DNA of 64,000 nucleotides from a bacterium (GTDB lineage Bacteria; JAAXHH01): NCBI GenBank assembly GCA_965200485.1, contig CBDAUD010000001.1, positions 875,597 to 939,596 of the forward strand, read 5' to 3'. Shown piece by piece: positions 47,759 to 55,748 of this stretch (position 1 is its first letter; each line of letters starts with the position of its first letter). The notes under the pieces were generated by a model. It saw only the letters and a program-made list of their open reading frames with translations, ran no database searches and was not told where the DNA came from. The position numbers and the translations under genes were made by a program.

Positions 47759-49912
47759 TTGCGACATAAGTCAGTTCGTATCGGGCTCGTCATCATGGCG
47801 GGCATGATTTCTACCTTCATGCTGGGCGGTTGCGGCAGTGACAATCCGACGGGACCTGCAGCACCATCGGCTCCGACGGCTCCGACGGCTCCGACGGCTC
47901 CGACGACTCCGACGACTCCGACGACTCCGACTCCCCCCGCAACTCCAGTTCCTTCTAGCCTGACGATCCTCCCAACGTCGGTGAGCCTAACCTCCCTAGG
48001 CCAGACTATGCAACTCAATACGACCGTGGCGGATGCGAATAACAGTCCCATAACAAATGCGGTAGTTACCTGGTCCAGCGCAAACACTGCCGTCGCAACC
48101 GTGAGTGCCCAGGGTCTCGTTACCGCCGTGTCGAACGGAACCGTTCTAATCACCGCAAGGACAGGAAATCTGACCGCAACGGCAAACGTAGGCGTTATGC
48201 AATCAGCGAGCGGCATAGCGATCACTCCTGCCGTGGTAGCGACCCTAACCTCCTTAGGCCAGACTGTACAACTCGATGCGACCGTGACGGATGCGAATAA
48301 CCGTCCGATAGCAGATGCGGTTGTTACCTTTAACTGGTCCAGCGCGAACCCTGCCATCGCAACCGTGGATGCCCAGGGTCTCGTCACGGCCGTGTCAAAC
48401 GGAACCGTCCTGATCACCGCAAAGACCGGAAATCTGACTGCAACGGCAAACGTAGGCGTTATGCAATCAGCGGGCGGCATAGCAATCACTCCTGCCGTGG
48501 TAGCGACCCTGACCTCCTTAGGCCAGACTGTACAACTCGATGCGACCGTGACGGATGCGAATAGCCGTCCGGTCGCAGATGCGGTTGTTACCTGGTACAG
48601 CACGAACCCTGCCGTCGCAACCGTGGATGCCCAGGGTCTCGTCACGGCCGTGTCGAACGGAACCGTCCTGATCACCGCAAGGATAGGAGACTTGATCGTA
48701 ACAGTATCCGTCTCCGTTATGGAGCCAAATCCAGACCGGGAGGTTCTTGTCAAACTGTACATCGCAACGGGAGGTCAGAACTGGCACAACAATGAAGGTT
48801 GGCTTAGCGAGCAACCATTGGGAGCTTGGCATGGCGTGACTACCGACGAAAACGAGAGGGTAACCCGGCTATCACTCCATTCGAACAATCTTGCAGGGAC
48901 CTTGATCTCGGAGTTGGGCCAACTTAGTAATCTAGTTTCTCTCTCTCTGGGTTCCAACCAGCTTGCCGGTGTCATTCCACCAGAATTAGGCCAACTCAGC
49001 AATCTCACCACACTGTGGTTGCCAATAAACGAGTTGACCGGAGGGATTCCACCAGAACTGGGTCGACTCACCAATCTCACCGAACTGGTGTTGTTCCATA
49101 ACGAGTTGACTGGAGGGATTCCACCAGAACTGGGTCGACTCACCAATCTCACCGAACTGTGGTTAAACGCGAACGAGTTGACCGGAGGGATTCCACCAGA
49201 ACTGGGTCGACTCACCAATCTCACCGAACTGGTGTTGTTCCATAACGAGTTGACTGGAGGGATTCCACCAGAACTGGGTCGACTCACCAATCTAGTTTCT
49301 CTCTCTCTGGGTTCCAACCAGCTTGCCGGGTCGATTCCACCGGAATTAGGCCAACTCACCAATCTCACCCGACTGTTTTTGGACAATAACGAGTTGACCG
49401 GACCGGTTCCACGAGAACTGGGCCAACTCACCAATCTCACCGAACTGTCTTTGGACAATAACGAGTTGACCGGACTGGTTCCACGAGAACTGGGCCAACT
49501 CACCAATCTCACCGAACTGGGTTTGTACGCGAACGAGTTGACCGGGCCGATTCCACGAGAACTGGGCCAACTCACCAATCTCGTTTCTCTCTTTCTGGGT
49601 TCCAACCAGCTTGCCGGGTCGATTCCACCGGAATTAGGCCAACTCACCAATCTCACCCGACTGTCTTTGGACAATAACGAGTTGACCGGGCCGATTCCAC
49701 GAGAACTGGGCCAACTCACCAGTCTCACCCGACTGTACTTGGACAATAACGAGTTGACCGGACCGGTTCCACGAGAACTACTGCAACTCGTCAATCTTAC
49801 CGCACTGGACCTATTAGAGACCCAGGTATGTGTACCAGTTGGTGGCGAGTTTACCGCTTGGCTCAGCGGGTTTTCCCGACATAACGTAACCCGTTGCCCG
49901 GATCCTGGATAG
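47759..49912 (+). CDS. Surface lipoprotein with Pro/Thr-rich linker, three Big_2 (bacterial Ig-like) domains and about 15 plant-type leucine-rich repeats
   Basis: 717 aa. TTG start preceded by AAAGGAG. Lipoprotein signal MRHKSVRIGLVIMAGMISTFMLGGC. Linker PTAPTAPTAPTTPTTPTTPTPP. Three about 80-aa repeats (...LTSLGQTVQLDATVTDAN...VTWSSANPA(V/I)ATVDAQGLVTAVSNGTVLITA...). The 24-aa LRR unit is L..L..LTNLTEL.L..NELTG.IP.ELG. Lower GC than surroundings. Confidence 0.85.
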   Translation: MRHKSVRIGLVIMAGMISTFMLGGCGSDNPTGPAAPSAPTAPTAPTAPTTPTTPTTPTPPATPVPSSLTILPTSVSLTSLGQTMQLNTTVADANNSPITNAVVTWSSANTAVATVSAQGLVTAVSNGTVLITARTGNLTATANVGVMQSASGIAITPAVVATLTSLGQTVQLDATVTDANNRPIADAVVTFNWSSANPAIATVDAQGLVTAVSNGTVLITAKTGNLTATANVGVMQSAGGIAITPAVVATLTSLGQTVQLDATVTDANSRPVADAVVTWYSTNPAVATVDAQGLVTAVSNGTVLITARIGDLIVTVSVSVMEPNPDREVLVKLYIATGGQNWHNNEGWLSEQPLGAWHGVTTDENERVTRLSLHSNNLAGTLISELGQLSNLVSLSLGSNQLAGVIPPELGQLSNLTTLWLPINELTGGIPPELGRLTNLTELVLFHNELTGGIPPELGRLTNLTELWLNANELTGGIPPELGRLTNLTELVLFHNELTGGIPPELGRLTNLVSLSLGSNQLAGSIPPELGQLTNLTRLFLDNNELTGPVPRELGQLTNLTELSLDNNELTGLVPRELGQLTNLTELGLYANELTGPIPRELGQLTNLVSLFLGSNQLAGSIPPELGQLTNLTRLSLDNNELTGPIPRELGQLTSLTRLYLDNNELTGPVPRELLQLVNLTALDLLETQVCVPVGGEFTAWLSGFSRHNVTRCPDPG
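48880..49800 (+). repeat. Array of 72-bp (24-codon) LRR-encoding repeats with several 100%-identical copies
   Basis: For example, the 72-mer GGTCGACTCACCAATCTCACCGAACTGGTGTTGTTCCATAACGAGTTGACTGGAGGGATTCCACCAGAACTG occurs identically at about 49060-49131 and about 49204-49275. CTAGTTTCTCTCTCTCTGGGTTCCAACCAGCTTGCCGG occurs at about 48934 and about 49292. Confidence 0.85.
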
Positions 49913-50027
49913 GCACCGGCCGATCAGCGTGAGTTCAAGGTGGTATTCTCTTGGCAGTTAATTAACACGACGCAGGGGCTGGATCCAGTTTCTGTCAGTT
50001 GATCGCTTCGTGGAATGGGACGGTATA

Positions 50028-50172
50028 CTAGTGTCCTGTTAGTTTAATTCGTTTGCGAATTTACACCATTACAGCAAATGGTTTTGTCGGGCGATTGGCC
50101 TATTTGACGGGCATTCAGGCCGGGTTGTGCTGATATAGGAAATCGCAAGTAATTAATCTAACGGGACACTAG
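50028..50172. mobile_element. MITE-like element: about 145 bp bounded by 22-bp imperfect terminal inverted repeats
   Basis: Left end CTAGTGTCCTGTTAGTTTAATT (50028-50049). Right end AATTAATCTAACGGGACACTAG (50151-50172), whose reverse complement CTAGTGTCCCGTTAGATTAATT matches 20/22. It lies in a lower-GC non-coding stretch. No transposase ORF. Confidence 0.4.
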
Positions 50173-51148
50173 GCACGAAGGATCGTACTCCTATTCGTTC
50201 GCGGGAAACAGTATAGGCACACTTACGCAGACCTACCATGGCTCCGGGAGTCGATGCTTCGTCGAACTGACGTTCAACGAACCGATTCCGTGGTTCGTAT
50301 AGGTATGGATGCAGCCAGTACCACACCGGATGGGATTTGTGGAAAAGGACCGGCCTACCCCATAGTGAGTCCTTCGACATCAAGGTCGTCTGGGTCCACG
50401 CAGAACCGAGAGCGTTCATCGCAGAGGCGATGCGTGCCGCGGTGGAACATTGGGAACGCATCATAACCGGCGATCTGCCCGATGTACCAGTGTTTCACAA
50501 CACCTTGACGCAGGACGATCTCTTTGATAACGGCGTGTACGAACGATTGTTCGGCTACCTCGACGCTATCGTGATCTATAGCCCGAATCGCTCCGCTACA
50601 ATCGACGGCAGGCGGGGAACGCTCGGAAATGCCGGCCCGATACTCTACCACCCGGGGCATTAGGTCTACCTAAGTGGGAGGATAACATTGGATGAAGCGG
50701 ACTTGGTCAGGTTCAATATGAGATCGTGCATGCGTTGGGTATTGGCGGTAGTTCGTGGAAACGACGCAATCTGCTGAGGCGTCCTTCGTTGGGCTTCTTT
50801 GGCGAGCCCGTGCTTCCTTCGCCCGATACGCTTCGAGGATCTCCGAACCGATAAGTCTGATCACCATCCGGTCCTTGGCTGACCTGGGGTACGAAGTCGA
50901 CGAAACCCAAGCCGACTGGTATATATTGCCCACGAGAACGCTGGCGCGAAGGTTGACCGAAACATCCAAAACTGGATTCGGCTCAACTGCATTGTAGAGT
51001 GATCGCAGGCGGGATAAACCTGTATAGTGCCATAAGCCACCGAGCTTGTATAGTTGCATCTCCGGGCGAGAACGCCAGATGAGAACAAAAAACACGAGGA
51101 TTTCAACCAAAAACCGACAATACTTATTGAGCGGTTTTACAGTGCTCA

Positions 51149-51616
51149 ATGGGTATGTTCGCGGATGATGTTGATCGAAAACACGCGGGGGTGGGTGATA
51201 TGGGCGAAATCGTTGCTGAGATCGAGTTGGAGAACGCGTTAGACGGGGAGTTGGTCAAGACTGGGTATCTTCAGGAGAGTAAACTCCGCCGGACAACCGT
51301 CCGTGCCATAGTGGACACGGGCGCGATGATGTTGACGCTCCCGAAGAACGTGGTAGACCTACTGGGTATCGGTACGGTGCGCAAAGACTCCTTTACGCTG
51401 GCTGATGGATCTCGAATCGAGCTACCGATCGCCGGTCCACTCACCGTCCGCATTGGGGATCGCCAGATGTTCACCAGCTGTGTGGTCGTGCCGGCGGGCA
51501 CGCATGCACTGATTGGTCAAATTGTGATGGAGGAAATGGATCTCATTCCGGATCCCGCGCGTGAGACCATTGGTCCGCGACCCAGGTCTCCAGAACATCC
51601 GGGGCTGCGATTATGA
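51149..51616 (+). CDS. Retropepsin-like (clan AA) aspartic protease, stand-alone bacterial type
   Basis: About 140-155 aa. Catalytic AIVDTGAMMLTLP (D-T-G-A) followed by hydrophobic flap and dimerisation-like segments. The start may be the ATG at 51200 (MGEIVAEIELEN). Confidence 0.7.
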   Translation: MGMFADDVDRKHAGVGDMGEIVAEIELENALDGELVKTGYLQESKLRRTTVRAIVDTGAMMLTLPKNVVDLLGIGTVRKDSFTLADGSRIELPIAGPLTVRIGDRQMFTSCVVVPAGTHALIGQIVMEEMDLIPDPARETIGPRPRSPEHPGLRL

Positions 51617-51688
51617 TTGGCGGCGTCCGTGCTTGCTATCCGGTTTCCGGCACTTGTGGATGATCCAGTCCGAACTCTGGCTTGAAAC

Positions 51689-53026
51689 CTATTCCGGCTG
51701 CCCGGCGCCGGTTCTAGACAACCGATAGGTGGCGTACATCAAGCCGGCCAGCAGGATCAGGACCAGGCCGGTGCCCACGAGCAACGCGTATTCGTCCACC
51801 AGCAGGACCAGATACAGCACGGTGTAGAGCGACGCAAGCACGAGGGTTACATATCCGGTGCACCTGAAGGACTTGGAGGCGGTCGCGACGTAGGCCCCGT
51901 TCATCAGCGTGATCAGGGCGGCGGCGATGAGGTAGCCCCATCCGAAACCGAGGTGTTCGGCAAGCGAAAGGAGCGTGAGAAAGAACACGACCAGGCTGAT
52001 GCCCACCACGCCAAATTGAACCACGTGAAAGCGGATGCTCGTGATTAGCTCGATGCATACCACGCTGATCATGGTGAAGACGATGAACAGGATCCCGTAT
52101 TGCAGGCTGCGCGTCACGGAACGATAGATGTCGTCGGCTTTGAACACGCTGAAACCGACCCCTTTTCGGTCTTCGTCCGTACCGATCGTGCCGAGATGGT
52201 CCAGCACGGCGTCGCGGCCCCGTCCGTACGCATCCAGGACCTGCGAATAGCCTCGGGCGAGCTTTCCCGTGTTCCATGTGGCCGTGAAACCGTCGCCGTC
52301 GACGGTCCGTTCGTCGGGCAGCATGCGTCCGTCGAAGCTCGGATGGGGCCAGGTTGACGTCATGGCGATCCGGGTCTCGTCTCCCACGGGTTCGATGCTG
52401 AACCGTTCGGTTCCCCGAAACGTCAGCGTGAAGTCGAACGTGCGGTCCCATGTGTTTTCGTTAGAGCGCACCGGCGCTTGCATCCCTTCGCCAATTGTAC
52501 CGAAAAAACCGGTGCCGGCCTGCAACTCCGCCGGCTTGTCGCCGAGCGTCAACGATCCTTCCTGTATCCCCCGTGTGTCGGATACGCCCACGATCACCGT
52601 CATGCGGTCGAGCATGAGTTCGCCATACTGGGCTTGGAGGTCCTGAACGTCCAGATCGGGAAATGCGCCGCTGGCGTTCAGCGATGCCGTGAAGACCGGC
52701 ACGTCGAAGATGCCCCTGGAGCGGATTTCGTAGGTACTGTTCAGTTCCGCTTTCAGGTCATCGGGCAGGACGAAGATGTGCGGTTCGCCCTCCAGGTGAC
52801 TTTCTCTATCGTCTTCGTTCGGCAAACGGTACGGAATGGCCAGGACCGGGCCCACGATGGTCTGCGGTCCGGACCACGCATGACTCACATTGCTCAGCGC
52901 CTCGTCCCGGTAGCCGCTACGGTCCGTGACTACATGTAGGAGCAATCCCCACGGGATCATCAGACCAACGATCAGGAAGATCGCGATCAGGAATCGAAGG
53001 GTGGTGGACGAGGTGTTTAATTGCAT
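51689..53026 (-). CDS. creD: CreD-family inner-membrane protein (cell-envelope integrity)
   Basis: 445 aa. One N-terminal TM, a large periplasmic domain, then 5 C-terminal TM helices. Length and topology match CreD. Family assigned from memory of CreD architecture. Confidence 0.7.
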   Translation of the reverse strand: MQLNTSSTTLRFLIAIFLIVGLMIPWGLLLHVVTDRSGYRDEALSNVSHAWSGPQTIVGPVLAIPYRLPNEDDRESHLEGEPHIFVLPDDLKAELNSTYEIRSRGIFDVPVFTASLNASGAFPDLDVQDLQAQYGELMLDRMTVIVGVSDTRGIQEGSLTLGDKPAELQAGTGFFGTIGEGMQAPVRSNENTWDRTFDFTLTFRGTERFSIEPVGDETRIAMTSTWPHPSFDGRMLPDERTVDGDGFTATWNTGKLARGYSQVLDAYGRGRDAVLDHLGTIGTDEDRKGVGFSVFKADDIYRSVTRSLQYGILFIVFTMISVVCIELITSIRFHVVQFGVVGISLVVFFLTLLSLAEHLGFGWGYLIAAALITLMNGAYVATASKSFRCTGYVTLVLASLYTVLYLVLLVDEYALLVGTGLVLILLAGLMYATYRLSRTGAGQPE

Positions 53027-53175
53027 CGTTATGCGTTCCCCTGTCAGTCAGCAGCGGCGCTGCGAGACCGTGCCGTCTGCTTTAGAGAATTAGACGAAGG
53101 ATCCGGACGATAGTTCCTTCGGTCCGGCGGTCGACTTTTTGGTTGTGAATCGTGGTATCTCGTATTCGGTGCGGG

Positions 53176-54468
53176 TCAGATATACCTCACCCAACTGCGA
53201 GGCCGGGCGGCTTTGAAACGACGGAACCAGAGACACAGCGGATAGAGCAGGATCAGTACGGCCAGGGTCGCTAGGTAGGTGGCGACCAGCCCTTCGTTTC
53301 TGAACATGCCCAGGACCGCTGCGGCGATGATCAGGATATGCGCGTGGATGAGGTAGAAGAAAAAAGCGGTCTGACCAAATACGAGCAGGGGATTTCGGGG
53401 GTTTGCCATTCCCTTCATCGTCCGCTGGTACCGGAACAGACCCCAGAGCATCAAGGCCATCAGGCCCAACATCAGGGATGCGAACGTCAGGGATGGCGGA
53501 TACTTGCTGAAATACAGCCATTGCAACAGCGAGGAGTCTTCCCGGAGCATGAACATGTTGCCATAGCCATTCCAGGCGCGTAGCAGTATAAAAAGCCCCA
53601 CGGCCGCCAAGCCCGTAAAAACAAGCAGGCGTTCGACCGAATTCGTCGATCGCCCCACGGCATCGGGTGCAACGGCGGCTGAATAATGCAAGAGGAAACG
53701 GCCCAGCAGCCAGCCCAGGATCATCATCCCAAGCCAGGGCACGAAGGGATACATGACCATCAAGGGCATGCCGGGGCCGAATGTGACCAAGATGCCCGGG
53801 TGGAAAAACGGAGCGCTCACGGTCAACCAGGTCGGGTTCTGTGCCTTTTCGAGCAACGCGTTCAACACCGACATGCGGAAACCGTCGTCTGCCGACACAT
53901 CCGGTACGTCCGCTATCATCTCGGGCGCAAGTCCCGCCAGGTGCAATATCCCAGAGAACAGGGCCTCATACAGAAACAGGATCGAAAGCGCGATGATCAG
54001 CAGGGTTCGGGAGGACAGCCGGCGCAACGGGATCATGCAGATCAGTGACATGCCGATGGCGAAGAGCACCTGGAAGAAAAAGGGTCCCCACCACAGCAGC
54101 TCAAAAGCCAATATGACCAGCGCCCGCTTGAACAGGTGCCGGTCCAGGGCGCGGTCCGACACGCTCGCCAGGCGCCGCCGCTCAAAACTCAGCGCCAACG
54201 CGGTGCCGGCCAGAAAGACGAAGGTCGGCGCGCACAGGTGCGTGATCCAGCGGGTAAAGAACTGGACGACCGGCAACTCGGATCCCGGTTGTTGCATGAA
54301 CCAGGAATCATCGGACAGGCGCCCCGCGTTAAAGGCGGCGGCGGCGTGATCGATCGTCATGAGCACCATGACGAAGCCGCGCATCCAGTCGATGGCCACC
54401 AGGCGATTCGCGTCTGTGGACGGCGGGATCTTCGCATGATCGGCAACGGATGCCGATGGGTCGGACAT
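53176..54468 (-). CDS. DUF1624/HGSNAT-like acyltransferase-family membrane protein
   Basis: 430 aa, about 10 TM. The N-terminal RLVAIDWMRGFVMVLMTIDHA is characteristic of DUF1624. Confidence 0.7.
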   Translation of the reverse strand: MSDPSASVADHAKIPPSTDANRLVAIDWMRGFVMVLMTIDHAAAAFNAGRLSDDSWFMQQPGSELPVVQFFTRWITHLCAPTFVFLAGTALALSFERRRLASVSDRALDRHLFKRALVILAFELLWWGPFFFQVLFAIGMSLICMIPLRRLSSRTLLIIALSILFLYEALFSGILHLAGLAPEMIADVPDVSADDGFRMSVLNALLEKAQNPTWLTVSAPFFHPGILVTFGPGMPLMVMYPFVPWLGMMILGWLLGRFLLHYSAAVAPDAVGRSTNSVERLLVFTGLAAVGLFILLRAWNGYGNMFMLREDSSLLQWLYFSKYPPSLTFASLMLGLMALMLWGLFRYQRTMKGMANPRNPLLVFGQTAFFFYLIHAHILIIAAAVLGMFRNEGLVATYLATLAVLILLYPLCLWFRRFKAARPRSWVRYI

Positions 54469-54496
54469 AGCACACCTGTCAGGGATTCCGGACGGG

Positions 54497-54607
54497 TTAC
54501 TTCGTCGGCTTCACCCTTCTGTTCAGCTTCATTTCGCGTATCGCGGCCTTGCGTCGCTGGTTTTTTCGGAACCGCCGTCTCCGCAGTTCCTTCTGGCGTT
54601 CGCGCAT
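54497..54607 (-). CDS. 36-aa ultra-basic peptide (ribosome-associated small protein-like composition)
   Basis: MRERQKELRRRRFRKNQRRKAAIREMKLNRRVKPTK. A strong SD (GAGGAG) lies 7 nt upstream of the ATG. It sits 28 nt upstream of the DUF1624 gene on the same strand. Function is speculative. Confidence 0.45.
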   Translation of the reverse strand: MRERQKELRRRRFRKNQRRKAAIREMKLNRRVKPTK

Positions 54608-54761
54608 ACCCACTCCTCTAATGCCTGTCCATATACGAACAGATAGTCGTTGATTGGCGTTGCAAAGACGATTATACAATCTAATTTGAGCCACCAGGCG
54701 TGGCAATCAGTTTCTCTTTCGCTTACATCACCGGGAAACCGTCTTTCGAACGGAGTTTGCC

Positions 54762-55748
54762 GTGAACCGAATTCGCATGCTTTCAAGGTCGGATATGGCG
54801 TCCATCCTCGCCATGCCGGATGTGATCGAGGCCGTGGAGGAAGGGTTCCGGTCCGCAGGCGAAAAAGACGATGTCCCCGTCCGTCAGGCCGTGCGGATAG
54901 CGGGCCGTCCTGCGGTCTCGCTCTTCATGCCGGCCTATCTGCACGACGCTCAGACGCTGGGTGCCAAGGTTGTTTCCGCCTTCCACGACAATCCTTCCCG
55001 GGGATTGCCGGCGATCACGGGATTCTACGTGTTGTGCGACGCGGAAACCGGTCGGCTTACGGCCCTTATGGATGCCACGTTCCTCACGGGCATTCGGACG
55101 GCGGCGGCGTCCGCCGTGGCCACGAAGTATCTGGCCCGCGAGGAGGCGAAGCTGCTGGGCGTGATCGGAACAGGCGTTCAGGGGCGTTTTCACGTGGATG
55201 CTATCCGGGCCGTCCGTCCCATTGAAGAGGTCGTTGTGTTCAACCGAACGACCGAACGCGGCAGCGCCTTTGTGGCTGAACTGGCAACCCGGGGCCTATC
55301 CGCACGCCAGGTGCGCACTGCCGCCGAGTGTGCGACTGAAGCGGATGTCCTGGCGGTCTGCACGTCCAGCAGGACGCCGCTATTCGACGGCGGACTGGTT
55401 CGTCCCGGAACGCATGTAAATGCCGTGGGGGTCTACACCCCCGATTCGCAGGAGCTGGACACCACGTTGATTCGGCGTGCCGGGGTTTATGTGGATACGT
55501 ACGAAGGAGCGTTCGAGGAAGCGGGCGATATCATCGTTCCGCTGCGGTCGGGTGACATCACCAGGTCGCACGTCCGCGCCGAACTGACCGAACTGGTCAC
55601 CGGCAGGAAGGGCGGGCGAACGAGCGAGGCAGAGATCACCGTTTTCAAGTCCGTGGGTTACGCCATGGAGGACGCCGTCACCGCCCGGCTGGCCTTTGAA
55701 CGGGCGGAAGCCGCCGGCATAGGCGCCACCTTCGACCTGGAAGCATGA
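54762..55748 (+). CDS. Ornithine cyclodeaminase/mu-crystallin family NAD-dependent enzyme
   Basis: 328 aa. Rossmann motif GVIGTGVQGRFH. Typical family length. Confidence 0.85.
   Translation: MNRIRMLSRSDMASILAMPDVIEAVEEGFRSAGEKDDVPVRQAVRIAGRPAVSLFMPAYLHDAQTLGAKVVSAFHDNPSRGLPAITGFYVLCDAETGRLTALMDATFLTGIRTAAASAVATKYLAREEAKLLGVIGTGVQGRFHVDAIRAVRPIEEVVVFNRTTERGSAFVAELATRGLSARQVRTAAECATEADVLAVCTSSRTPLFDGGLVRPGTHVNAVGVYTPDSQELDTTLIRRAGVYVDTYEGAFEEAGDIIVPLRSGDITRSHVRAELTELVTGRKGGRTSEAEITVFKSVGYAMEDAVTARLAFERAEAAGIGATFDLEA

Noticed and set aside
47623-49794. Minus-strand ORFs of 379 and 339 aa across the LRR gene
   Set aside because: Generated by the repeat structure of the LRR lipoprotein gene on the opposite strand. 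Repetitive VRLVSWPSS-type translation with no start context.
47868-49800. Considered whether the regular 72-bp repeats could be a CRISPR array
   Set aside because: The repeats are in-frame coding LRR units with no unique spacers of constant length, no palindromic repeat core and no cas genes.
53027-53175. Hairpin CCGGAC-N13-GTCCGG downstream of the DUF1624 gene as a terminator
   Set aside because: Only a 6-bp stem with a long loop and no U-tract. Too weak to call.
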